Shown in pieces: positions 39,101 through 52,800 of a stretch of DNA of 64,000 bases. The stretch comes from Bugula neritina (lineage: Eukaryota; Animalia; Bryozoa). A program made the translations under genes and the position numbers. The stretch covers positions 13,836,698-13,900,697 of the forward strand of contig OZ037765.1 in the NCBI GenBank assembly GCA_964035545.1. Direction: 5' to 3'. The notes beneath the pieces were generated by a model that searched no databases, was not told the DNA's origin, and worked only from the letters and a program-made list of their open reading frames with translations. How positions within the stretch are numbered: position 1 is the stretch's first letter; each line of letters starts with the position of its first letter.

Positions 39101-42100
39101 GTTCCAATGCCGGTCTCATACTAGACAAATTCACCGAATTTCAACAAACAAGAGAACCTAAAATAGAAGAAGGGGTAGGGCTTATTTTTATTAAGAATGT
39201 CTACACGGATGTAATCCAAGTTCTTAGCGAAATTCAAATAGTCATGTATGTGTTTTACTGAAAAATATTTTCTATTATTTTCCTTAAACATAACATCAGA
39301 GATGGTATTAAGCAAAAGTAACTCAATTAGATAAACTATTTAATAATGGCTGACTTTATTAAGAGATAATAATATATACAGCACGTGGTTTGATTTTGAG
39401 TTATAGTTTTTATATGTCATGCAGCCTGTAAAATTCGCATGGCTTTTGTATGCATTCATTTGTTTCACTATATAATATGTTGAAAAACAACCAGTAAACG
39501 AGTTGTAAAGGAAACCTGAACTGTTTCAACACAATTTATTAACCGATTGAAACCAGTCTGCTCTTGCTGAAATCTCCATTTTAAACAGTATTGGCAGCAA
39601 GTTTTCCCAAGAATTGACAATTTGTATAACTATTATAACCAAATCTAGAAATAAAAGATTTGCAGTCAAATGCATAGCTTTTTAATAGTAAACTGCTATT
39701 GGCTGAAGCTTTTAGTCTTGTGTGTAATTGAGTTCATGATTGACAGGGTTTGTCTGGCTCTACAACAAGTTCTGGCAGTGAAGTCTGTAGACAGTGTATT
39801 CTGCTTGGTGCATGCAGTTCTACTGAGCTGCTTCCACAAGATCCAAACTTACCGGCTGATCTGTTTACATCGTGCCTCACCACTCCCATAGCCATGGCAT
39901 TGAGGTGGTACGTACTTCAGACGTCTGGTAAACTGGTCAAAGGGATTACCAAAGAACTAATCGACAAGTAAGTTTATTATCAACAATTTCGTTTGCTTCT
40001 TTAGTTTGTGTCTGTATCTAGAAAATATAATTTAGTTATACAGCAAGTTTTAAAAATGACCTTGTACGCAATAATTTAACTTAATATGCTACAGTAAAAT
40101 AGTAGTTTTATTTTATAAAGAGTTACTCTAATTCAAGCATATCTGGAAACCCATAACTTGGCATGGTGCATGAGCTGACATTGTGCATGTAGTTCCCAAT
40201 GCCTGCTACATACCTTCATACGTCTTAAGGATTTCTTGTAACTCTGTTTTACTTTAGTATACCTGGTGCTCTAAATGACAGACGTACTATGCTTGGGGAA
40301 CTAAACTGGATTTTCACAGCAATCACTGACACAATTGCCTGGAATGTTTTGCCAAGAGGTTAGCTAGTAATAGATTTGGGATGAATTGACTATTTTTCTG
40401 CTACCTTTTGGTGATGATTGGATTGTGTTTTAATATTTTAGTAATATGACTGGTGTGTTTCAGAGACATTTCAGAAGCTCTTCAGGCAAGATTTACTGGT
40501 TGCCAGTTTATTCCGAAACTTTCTGTTAGCGGAGCGAATAATGAAATCTTACAACTGTACGCCAGTCTCCAATCAAAGGCTTCCATCTACTTATCAACAC
40601 CCCATGTGGTTAGCACATTGATATTTTTAGTGCCCTGGAACTATTTGACCCACTAACTTTGCTGTTATGCTGTCAATATTTAGTTCCTCTGCAGGCCCAG
40701 TGCTTTAAGCTGTTGTGTTGAATTGTGGGTAATCTCCAAAACTTCATGTTATTGTTGCAAGTAATTAATAAACAAGTGAATCTGAAAATAGAAAATTCTA
40801 GTTATATTGTAAAATCAGTTTTATGAACAAAATGTATGTATTCAATAAATTCGTCAATATTGTTAGTGTAAAAGTAATTGGAGCAAACTTCTCACTCTCT
40901 TAGTGAGTGGGCTAGTAGACTAATCAATTTGTTTATTCTAGGCAGGCTTGGGACTTCACCTTAGACGCCTGTTTATCACAGCTACCAGCCATATCAAAGA
41001 AGCAAGCAGAGTTTCAGTACAGCACGTTTTTTGCCGAGCAGCTTACAGCTTTTCAGGTTTGGCTGGAATACAAAGGAATAAACACCAACCCTCCAGAACA
41101 GCTGCCTATCGTGCTTCAGGTACTCGGCCTATAACTATTGTCATTAAGTGCCTTCTGCTACCCTTCTTTGCGTAAGATAAAGCCCGGGGTTTATTATATC
41201 TACTTATTTGCTATATTATGTTGTTTTGTTCTAATCTTTTTCGAAACTGCACTTCATATTAATTAGAATAAGACATCCTCAAGTTTTCCAACATTTCGAA
41301 AGTGTAATAAGTTTTTAAATTTTAGTAATTGTGGTAAAAATCCTGGATAATTTTTGAGCTTTAGTTTAAAAAAAGTTGTTTTTATTTTGTAGGTATTATT
41401 GAGCCAGGTGCATAGACTAAGGGCTTTAGATTTACTTAGTCGGTTTTTGGACCATGGCCCCAACGCAGTCAGCTTGGTGAGTATTTTATATTCATCTATT
41501 AAATAATCTTGCATATTTTTAGTTAATCAAAGTACATTGCTCTTTTCAGTTCTCTTTGTATTTCATTCCAATGCTTTATACTTGCAGGCATTGTCTGTGG
41601 GAATATTCCCGTACGTACTGAAACTACTGCAGAGCTCAGCAAGAGAGCTCAGGCCTCTCCTAGTCTTCATCTGGGCCAAGATTCTCTCAGTAGATGGCGT
41701 TAGTATTTGTTTATTGCTATTAATTAGAAAAATTTTGCTGTTGGTTGATGTCTGATGCATTATTTAAAATCATTTAAATTATAGTTCAACTTACTGTATT
41801 TTGAACTTTATTTATTTTACTGCCTTTCTTTAATGTTTACAAACTTGCTTTGAATATTTCCTTAAATTGAACTGAATTGAATTTTCGTATGTCCAAAAAT
41901 TTTTCCACAAATTATGTTTGTTTTAGTCATGCCAAGTAGACTTGGTCAAAGATGGTGGACATAAATATTTCTTGCATGTGCTGGATGACCGAGATATGCC
42001 GGTATGTCATTAAAACACTATTACAACGTTTTAGTTAATTTTATAAGATTGATAGCTTTCTTAAATAGTTAATAATTTTTAAATGCATCTATTGGCTTGG

Positions 42101-45100
42101 TCTGAATATAGAATTTAGATTTTTTATGTTTTACTGAACAAAAATACTAAGGAAATGTTTCTCATATTTGTTGAAATGTGAAGTGTTTCACCTACACAAC
42201 TATCGTATTAGCTGTTTGAAACCAAAGATATGAATACAATTTAAACTTTTTCAGAATATTCGAATGACTTTCGTCTGTATATGCTGTGTGGAGTTGTCTT
42301 GGTATTTAAATCAGGCTATTTTCTATTTGCTAATAATTTAATTCTATGTTTAGGTTTTCATTTTAGTGATTGAAAATATAATAATCTTTTAAGCATATCT
42401 TGAACAGAGTTGAAATAAAAATATTAAGACTTTTTATTTAAGTGCAAGAGAATTATTTCAAACTAAAAAAGGTTAAACAGAAAAAATGAAAGTATCTAAC
42501 TAACATTTATAAAAAAAGTTTATTTGCTAATTACCTAATGTTTGAAAAATATAGCAAGTGCCTAAAGTATGTGTTTTTTTTAAATAGATGAGAATCAAGA
42601 TCAAAACTTTTTTAAGAAGTAACAAAAATTAATTTTTTTCTCAAAGAAAACGCCATTTGTTTAATTTGATGTTTTCTTTAAAATTCAAGTGTTGCTGTTT
42701 TGTTTCTAGAGAAATAATTCCAAAAAATGTTTGAATATTCTTTTGCTTGTAACATATTATATGCTTTTTGATTGACTTGAATGAACCTGCTAAAATAAAT
42801 GGTTGCTCAACTAACTTAATTGGCTTGACTTGAAAATTTCAATTAATTTTGAAATTTTCTAAAATTCAGGTAGCCAAAATTTACCACAAAATTTCATTTT
42901 GAGGATTTAGTTTATTTGAACTGCTGACTGCAGGTAACTAAATGTCTATTTGAATATTTCACAAATTAATTTGCATTTGTTCAAGCGATTTCATAACTGG
43001 GCGAAACCTTTATTTGAATCATTTGTATTTGAGTAATGACTTGAAACATATCTGTCTTTAAAGTAAGACCTGTTGTTGAAAAGTGTTGACTCCTAAATAT
43101 GTTATAGTGTATTGATCAAATTTGTGGTACAAATTATTCTCTTTTTTTACTATTTAATTTAGATAGAGTCGAAAGAAGAAAGCTCACTGTATTTTTGTTC
43201 ACTATTTAGTATGCATAGTTGACTTTTGTGCTGTTTTTTCTCTTCAGTTTGTTTGAAACCAGCTAATCTAGTTTTTGCTTAGACTAAGTTTTTGTTTGTA
43301 AAAATATAATGTATTTAGTATTAGATGATGTGTACACGTTAGTGATAAGAAACTGTACACAATTTGATGGTTTAGTTAAACAGATAATACTGCTACACAC
43401 TGTTTTAGTCTGAGTACAGGACAATGGCAGCATTTGTGCTCGCCATGATTGTCAATCAGCACGCTGCTGGCCAGGAAGCCGTATATCAGGGAAAAGCTAT
43501 CAGTATATGTCTCCTACTACTGGATTATAAACATGATCACAGGTTACGAGCCTGGTGTGCTCTCTGCCTCGGTGTAGTAAGTCTTTTGCTTTCATTCTCT
43601 TGTAAATAAGGTGGTCGTTGAATAACTTGAGACATTTTTAAATAAAGTGTATTACAAAGTTGTTGATAAATGCATAGTTTTTGAAATACAATTTTAAAAT
43701 AGTTTTCGGTAAGGTATCATGTTAACAACTTTTGTGTGTGTTATTAAAATATATTTTTAAATTGATGCCTGAAAGTTTCAATATTGTACAAAATGTATGA
43801 CATAGAAATAGAGTGTTAGAGATTGTCTTCATAGTTTGCTTCATAGATTACTTTAAATTTTCTTAACATGTTACAGACCAGTTTCACAGCTGCTAAAATT
43901 TTCATATAACATATTACATATAAAAAGTTAAACAAAAAGATGTTGACTGTTTTGCTGTAAAGTTGCTGAGGGTAGCTACTTGCTGTCTGAATATACAGAA
44001 TTATTCTATATTTTAAATTATGTACAATGCTGGGGGAGCTGATTATTTTTAGCTTTAGTCTATTAACAAGAGTAAAGAGCCTTTGAGTTAGTAGAAATTA
44101 CTTCTCTTAACAACGAATATTAGGCACTCAACAGTGAACTGTACTTTTTACTTTCTATTTTTTTTGACATGCTTTGATTTTTATACAATTTAGTCAAGTT
44201 TCAGTATTTTAATATAGTTTGTATGATTGTTGCTGTGATATTTCAGTTAAAACAAATGTTGTTACAGCTTTGGCAAAACTTTCCTGTAGCCAAGTGGGCG
44301 GGAGTGCGAGATAATGCACATGAAAAAGTTGGCAATTTGCTAGAAGACAGTGTCCCAGAAGTGAGGTGCGCTGCCCTACTAGCATTGTTCACTTTTATCA
44401 ATCAGCCAGACAACAGAACAGAGCATGCCATCAACCTCAACAATACCGTTGGTATACAGATCTGTGGCATGACTAATGATCCCTCCCCTATGGTCAGAGA
44501 GGTATAGAATTCTCATGCTTTAGAATGCTATAATCTTGTCACCATTTCAACACATTTAAGTCTAAACTGTTTATCAACCTCTTTGAGTTAACATGTACAG
44601 TCTGAAATCTAAATCATGCTATGCCGTAAGCAGTTTTAGTTAGACAGAGGAGAAAATTGTACCTGGCATAGCTGTACTCTGTTCCTAGCTTTATAATGGC
44701 ACCAACATAATAATTATGTCTATAGAAATAACTTTACTGTTGTATGGTACTTGATCACACACTAAAGCAATAACTAAATAATATTGATTTATTATGAAAA
44801 TTTGCTTATTAGTTGAAAATTTAAATGTAAAGTTGTTGAGGACTGAAGCTAATGGCACAGGACCATAATAGAACATAAGAACTTTAGCCCATCAATAATA
44901 GCTCATGCATAACTCATTAGCAAGACATGTTGATGAATAGTCTTTCATTCCAATGCTACCATTCTGTTGGAATTTTAAGCAATAAATCAAATAATATTTT
45001 GGAGGCAGATGACTTTGTTATTTAGCTGGTTGGTCATGCAAAGAATACTTCTCTTTTGTTAGTGCAAATACTTTTGCTACCCATTTTATTAAACAATTAC

Positions 45101-48100
45101 AGCACATTGAAAGCAATATTAATAAAATAAAATCATATAATAGTAATAGTTTAGTGAAGGTATCCATGAAATTGCAACTGTTGACAGTGCTATAGAGATG
45201 TTGATAAGCTTACATGAACATATGATGCAGGTTGGCAGCTACTTGCAATTCTCCTTGAATATTACAGTTCAATTTTACCGACTACCGCTCTCACCAGAAC
45301 TGACTTCCTAATGCTAAGTCGTTGCTAGTTACTGCGTGGTGTTGTAGGAGTTGCTCTCCGGCATAGCAGGGTTTGTTGCTATCTACGAGACACAGTTCAT
45401 AAGTCTTGCTCAGCAGATGCTAGAAGATGAAGCCCTGTCAAATCAGTTAGGTTAGTCATTCTTCCAGTCTATGTTGGTTGCTCATTCTGTTTTCAAGTCA
45501 GTTATTAATTGTTGGCTATTATTTTGTAGCTGGTAGTCCCCAGAAAATGAACAATTCAAGAAACATTTCTGTGGACAGACTAAAAAGTGTTACTGGTTCT
45601 CCATACACTCGGGGTCAGTCTAAGTGTTATCTTAGATATAATTTGATTTTGCTTTTTATGTCCTTTAGTAGAGCGTTAATTAAATACGTTTCTGTTAAAC
45701 ATCATTCTGACACTGTCTAACAAAAAAAAATTGTTCAGGGTTCTGTTTACATAAGCTAAAGTTTACCAATACAATTATTTCAGAGCTTAGTACTGTGTAT
45801 ACACAAGTTATAACTTTATTAGCTGATAGTGGACACAACCAGAATCACTTTGAAATTTGTTCTTACCATCACATGAGTGTAATGTAATATTTAGATGGGT
45901 ACATGAGTCAGGCATCTAGTAATGGTGTCTACGGCAGCAGTGATTCCCTCGATGCCTCAAGTCCAAACTGCAGTAGTCCGTCTGCGCCTTCCTACTTCTC
46001 TTACTCTGCCAATGCCAGCACTATTAAAAGAGCGCCCAGTTCAAGTGCGTCTTTTGGAATAGTCAATGTATACAATATCATGTGGAGAACTCTACTGCAG
46101 CTAGCAGTCGACCCATTTCATTCAGTAAACCAGCTAGCAGGCATTATCATCAATCTACTCAAAAATAAGGTTGGTTGTATTTATGTGTAGGAACCATAGC
46201 TTGTAAAAGACTGTTCAATCATGTCTAATACTGTTAGTATAAATTTGTAAGTAGAAGTAGCATAATGTTGGTTAATGCCTGGTTTGGATCAGATGGCTCT
46301 AAGAAGGTATAGAATTGCCCTCAATACAAACCTTTCTAAACTACAGACTTTATGATTTTTTTTATTCGTTGTTGACAGGCTAGTGCATCTAGTGGATTAA
46401 GGTCAGCTAATATTTCTATATCATCACCAGAAAGAAATAACATTTCATCTGCATCCTCTCATTCAACAGCAAGGAACATGACAGCCAGTGTGAGTATACT
46501 TTGAATTTATTAGAAATGCATGTTTGGCTACAAATCTAATATAGTTTCTGTTTAACTTTGCAATTTTGTTGGTTTAATGTGTGTTCAGTTTGGGTTTATC
46601 TTTCAGGAAACCGCCTCTGTGGATAAGATGGTCGACACAGAGTTCTTTCAATGGAGCTGTAAGATGTTTGAGAAATCAGTTATGACTGAATTTTGCAATA
46701 AAAAATCTACCAACGCTGATGTAGAGCACGAAGTTAGTACTAATTTATGCCATATAATATTTTTCAGAACTCAAATATGTAATGTTTCAACTTGTACATA
46801 GTCCTAACATAGAATCATATAATTTCAATATAATATATATAACTATTCTATAAGCTTCAAAAGGGTAATATATTGATATTTAGCAAAGTAACCTTGACCT
46901 ATCTTTCTTCCTGGCGTCATATTTGTTTTTAGAAACAGAATATGTACGCTGATAATGTAAAAGTTAAAGTGAAAGCATTACAGGAGCATCTCCAAGCTCC
47001 ATACACTCCTATAGAAACTGAAGTGTTTGCCAACAAAATGAATACACTGCCCTCTATACTTCGATTCCATCCTTACGACATCCGCTTGGCTGTAGCTGAT
47101 AATGATAGTATTAGGTGAGTGTTTATGACTCATCTATCCTCTGATAATCACCACCATTGTATATAAAGTATAATACTCTTACTCTACATATTTTTATGAG
47201 TCATGTGAGTGTTATCCAACTGCATTTTCACTCAAACCACTTTTGAAACAGGTAATACACTGGCTATTGTTCCAAACTATAGCCTTATGCTGCTATTAAA
47301 ATTCCTAGGTTTGCGGTTATATCAAGACTTATACAGTCTATAAAAAGTTTTTTTTTATCAACTTGCTTTTATTTTTTATTTTGAAATATCCAATAACCTT
47401 TCAAATTTTCTTTCCAGTTTATGGGACTGGGAAGCAGGTGTAAAGTTGAACAGGTTTTATAACCATAGCTCCAAGACTTGCAAAATTACTGGAATGGAGT
47501 ATTTGAATCCCCAAGAAGCTGAGAAATCATTATTAGCTATAGCAACAGGTTTCTAGCTGTTCTATAATATTTTTGAATACATGCTTTATGAATCAATTTT
47601 GAATTATTCTATGTTTTTCTACTTAGATAATGGTTGTACTACTTCTTGATTAAACTGTCTGTAGACTGTAGTAGCGGTTGAGTTTTTAATATTGTACAAC
47701 ACTTTACTGGGTAATAGTTTTAACAATGTGGCATTTCATCCGGTTACTGCGCACAATTATTAATATAAAACGATATTTACCACAACAGATGATGGATCAG
47801 TTCGAATATGGAGGGATTTTAGTAGCAAGTATTCACAACTAGAACTCGTAACCGCATGGCAAGCTATTCCAGATACTTCATTTATCAAAATGAGTAAGTA
47901 ACTAGATGAAGTATTTTCATAATTTTTAAATCTGATATTTTTTATGGTTAATTGTTATAATAATGATATTTTTTAGCTACAAACTCACCTGGTATGGTTA
48001 TGGAATGGCAGCAAAACTCTACCTCTCTCTTTTTCTCTGGTGCTTGTAAATTCATTCGATTATATGACACAAACAGCGAACTAAAAGTAATGGATTTGCC

Positions 48101-49437
48101 TACTGGGTCTGATGGCTGTGTTACCAGTCTTTTCAATGACTCACAAAATATTTCTCTTGTGATGGCATCCTGCTCAGACGGCTCTGTTCGAATCTTTGAT
48201 ACTCGCCAAGCTCCCAGCTCAAGGTCAGTTGAGTCTATGATTCTAGTTTAATGAAAGAGCAAGACATATTATGTGTCGAAATAAGTCAACTTATGTGACC
48301 TGGCTGCCTTGTGTTGATAGTCTTGATCTACTGTTGTTTGATTAAAAGTGAAAATTTTGGTTTGAAATTTGTTTAAATAAAAGTGTCTTACGAGTATACC
48401 TTTGACTCGATTTCAAAGTACTTCAATATTTGACTGCCTATTAACAGTAAGATGAAACCTTCAGGTCACTGAGCGGTTGGCTGCACCTGCTACAGTCTTG
48501 CAATTTTCATTTGATTCGTGTTGAATTCTGTGTCTCAGATTGATTATTTTTAATTTAAGTTAAGTTCTCTACAGCAATTGCTGTTTAAGTAACAGTATAA
48601 AACACTTTATATATGTATGGCCAAACATTATAGTTATAATAAATTTGTAGCCGAATATGCTCGTTCAAACACAGCTCATGGGTAATCAACTGCCAGACAT
48701 TGAAGGGAGATGGCAATACTGTAGTATCTGCCTGGTAAGTTATTTATATTTGCCAACTGCATGCTTGTTTTAGAGATTCATGGCATGCGTAAACTAGCTC
48801 AAAATTGCTGAACTTTTATGGTTTGCTAGAATTTTTAAAATGTCCAGAATTGATTATTTTAGCCGTGGTGGCGAAGTTAAGTTCTGGGATTTACGAAACA
48901 GGGAGTGCATTGGAGGAATGTCTGTGGGGTCTGGACTTCGTTCCATGACCATACATAAACAAGCTGAATTAATCGCATGGTAAAAATTAATATATTAAAA
49001 GTTCTGGAGACGATTGGTTGAGCACTGTATATATGCAGATGTAGTACTAAGGGTGCTATTTTCGTTTTAGCGGTGTTTCAGAACAGATGATAAGCATATA
49101 CAACACCGCTGGAGATGCCACTAGCTACATTAAATATCATGAAGGCTTCATGGGCCAAAGAGTAGCCAAAGTTAGCTGCCTTTCTTTCCATCCACATCTG
49201 GTAATATTTAAATCTTCAAATATGGTTATTCAATTGATGTGCTGGGCAGTGCAGGCTATTGGTGATCAGTTCTTCAATTCTATCTTGGAACTGTTGCTGC
49301 TTGCCATTCATATTCTGAAGGAACATTCTATATTTAATGCACTATTGTCATTGTTGTTAACATTTTAGGTGAGACTGGCATCAGGAAATGTCGATGGGAT
49401 GGTTAGTGTGTTCATGATGTCAGATAAAACTAAATAA
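36174..49437 (+). CDS. RPTOR: Regulatory-associated protein of mTOR (Raptor), ~27 coding exons
   Basis: [129 protein letters not shown] region and C-terminal WD40 ([23 protein letters not shown]); stop at 49435-49437. Confidence 0.97.
36884..37090 (+). mobile_element. tRNA-derived SINE in RPTOR intron 2
   Basis: A box tggtctagagg and B box ggttcaaacc at tRNA spacing, followed by a non-tRNA body; no foldable cloverleaf. Confidence 0.65.
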
Positions 49438-49803
49438 TAGTGTTATGTAATATAGAGTAGTAACTTTTGTAATTTAAATATTTGTGCTAATACAATTATT
49501 TTGAAATATATTTTTATGTTATAAGCAGTATTAGATTCGTAAACTACTATTTAAATAATCCAAACACTTTCACATAATATTTGTATAGGAAATCAATTCA
49601 AAATAAAACATATACCAAACATTGAATACAATGAAACTTTTGGGAAAAGCTGTCACTCATTGCACAGATATACACATAAGAGGACACAGGCGTGCCTGTA
49701 AAAGAATGGAAACATTGACATGATTGTGTCCACCAGTTGATACAAAACTACATTTTATCAATCTAATGAAAAGCTTTGTGCCTGAAATATATTTGAGAGT
49801 TGA

Positions 49804-52800
49804 CTAAGACAAAGCTGGCTGAGTTTTCTTGTCGAGATCATTGAAATATGGGTGAAGAAGAGCTCTTTTGCATGATATCCTTTTGCTGGGATCATAAATC
49901 AGCAGTTGCTAAAAAAGCCACAGGACATCAACTTTACAAAGTTTTTACACTACACCTTGTTTAAATGAAATGCCAATTTAGCCCCTATGGTTGTAATCTA
50001 TAATGAATTAATCAATACTTACTGCTAAAAGATCATGACCCTTCTCATCAAGTTGGGGTACAGCCTCTACCAACTGTTGTCCTGGTCTCCAGTTAGGAAA
50101 TGTTGTTTTGTAATCAGGCAACTGAGAAACTCCTGGCCAAGTATCTTCTTTTGGGGTTCCCAAAGTCCTGCACAATTTTACAGTGAATAAATTCGATTAA
50201 TCATTGCGAAGACTGTACTAAACAGAGTTGAGTCAAAATCACACACAGCAAATCAATTCAAGGTCTGAACAGAAACCTGTCCAGTCCTGTTCCGCAAGTC
50301 AACTTGAATTAACCCCAAGTACTTCATCAAATCCAAATATATATGATAGTGGTTTAAAAAGTGCATTGTAGGTGGGTAAGTTGCTTACGTTTAGAGGGTA
50401 GGAAAAGCATATATTTGTAACTTTAGGTCCTGATTTTTTGAATTTAATATAATTATTTTATCTGTGAAAATCATCTACAGCTATATTCAATGAATAATAA
50501 AATAAAAGCCTTCTACACGATAATGATTGATACCACTGAAGAGCCATGGCCAGCAGCAATAAAATTATAGTTGACGGCTGGAATTATTATCAAAATATTG
50601 TTCAATCAATATGATTTAACAAATGCTAAAAACAAAATAAAGCAATTTGGTGTAAAATTTGAAAGACTTGCAGCAAGAAGAAGTTAAGCGATTAGCAGTT
50701 AATGATTTATGCAAGTCAGTGGTATGTGACTTGGACCCAGGTCTGATACCAGTATGCACACCCATACAGTGATCAAACTCTCCCTTTACCACCAGTACAG
50801 TGTTGCATGCAATTGCTTTGTAACCTGACCAGCAAAATTTTTAGTAACAATATCACTCCTACAAGTAGCATAACTACTCGTATGTTTATTTTGAGATGCA
50901 GCAAGCTAAAAGCAATTTTATGGCAATATTATAAGCAAACCTGGCGATACTGTTTAAAACAACTAAAGTCAAAACACAGGACATTTTAACAAATAAATTA
51001 TTAGAAAATCTAAAATCGAATTTCTAACCCAAAGCTATTTTATAAAACGAGGGATTTTTAGTAAACTGTAAAAAAAGTATAGCGAGATATTAAATTTGTT
51101 ACACTGTCCTGTACTATTGAAACCATGGCCTCAACACTTTTAATGATATGTGACCAGTCGCCGACAAAACCGGGGATGTGGCGGCGTTTATAAAGTGTAG
51201 TAAATGAAGGTTTAATTTGGAAATACTTAAATTTGAAATTAGTTTCCAATTTTTAGATTTTAGACTTTTCTAATACAAAAAAATCCAAGGATTTCAATTA
51301 GTCATTTTCATAGCGTGAGATCTTTCAAATTTGTTTTTATCAAATAAATTTAGGTTACACCTCTTCCTTCGTATTGTCAGAAGCATCATAATATTTAAAA
51401 TCGAAGGCTAGTTTTAGTTTTTCATCATGTTCCATCCAAAGTTAGCTTTTAAGTCACTGAGCTGTTTTGCTCTTTGGTGATAAATGCTGAACTTAATCTT
51501 TATCTTTAGCGTTCAAGCTTGAAAACCACAACAATACAGGTAATTATACTCAAAACAATCATTTACGCTACTAACTTAGAATTGTTGCCAGGATTATTTT
51601 TAGTTATCAATTTATTAATAATAATATTTATACTATCACTTGGAGTATGTCTTAGAGTTAGTCTATTCTATTCTATATTACTACTAGTAACTATTTAAAT
51701 GACTCTCACTATGACTCACAGTTTGAGGTACGGTTACTCATAATGAATATTATTCATGTTTTACTGATACTGGTATTTCAATTTGGTAGTAAAACCAAAT
51801 GTAGCTCATTAAATTTTTAATATTAATAGTATAACTATAAGTAATTAATAATTATAAATTCACTATTACTATTAGTATTACTGTATTAGTATTTGAGTCT
51901 GACTCTGAGTTTCGCCTTTGCTCTTAAAACTTGATACTCATACTGATAAGATTATATTTATTGATTTATTCTATAGTTAATATTTCAATTTACATTAGAC
52001 TTACTCTTAGTCTTAGTAACTTTTACTTTTAGCTTCTGTCTTAGATTTTGTCAATACAGTTACTGATTACTATTACTATTAGTATTAATATTAGGCCTAC
52101 TAATACTAGTCAAACTACCGGTTCCTTTTGTGATTTTTAAATTAGCTCAAAGTTTGATTTAAAATATAATGATAAAATCTTTATCACATTATGCAGGCTT
52201 ACAGTTAGTGTTACTGTCAAAACTCAATTGATAATCATATTCATATTGATAAAAGCATCACCTATAACCAAATTGAAATGATAAATGTGACTAAATGTAA
52301 ATGAGTATAATGATGAAATATTAATGCGAGTTCATGATGATTCTATAGTTGACTGACTTAGTTTTTCAGTGAGTTACTTTTAGTCTTATTTAGTGAGTAG
52401 TAACACTAACTGAATGCATAAATAGTCTAAACTTTTTAATTTTATTATAAGATGACCAAATATTTATTCATATTTTAAAGTAATTTATTAAATTCAAATT
52501 GATTTTATAGTAAATGTCTTTAACAGATTCAGTTGCACTTAGCTAGCTTTTTTACTCAATTAAATGCCTGAGTGGTTAATAGTTATCTAAAGACATTGCT
52601 TCAAAATTGCCAATTGCAGATATGCTAGATATTCAAGTGCATAATGTGTAATTTTACTGATAATACTATGTTAATATAGAATAATCCGATATTCTGTACA
52701 TTTTAGAAAGTGGACTTGTGAGGGCATTAGAGTGAAGACTTATACCTACACAACTCTACTACCTATCAATATAATACTTCTAATGTAGACACTCCGAATT

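Noticed and set aside
36174-49437. Non-canonical or U12-type introns in RPTOR
   Set aside because: All junctions traced by eye are ordinary GT-AG without a GTATCCTT donor
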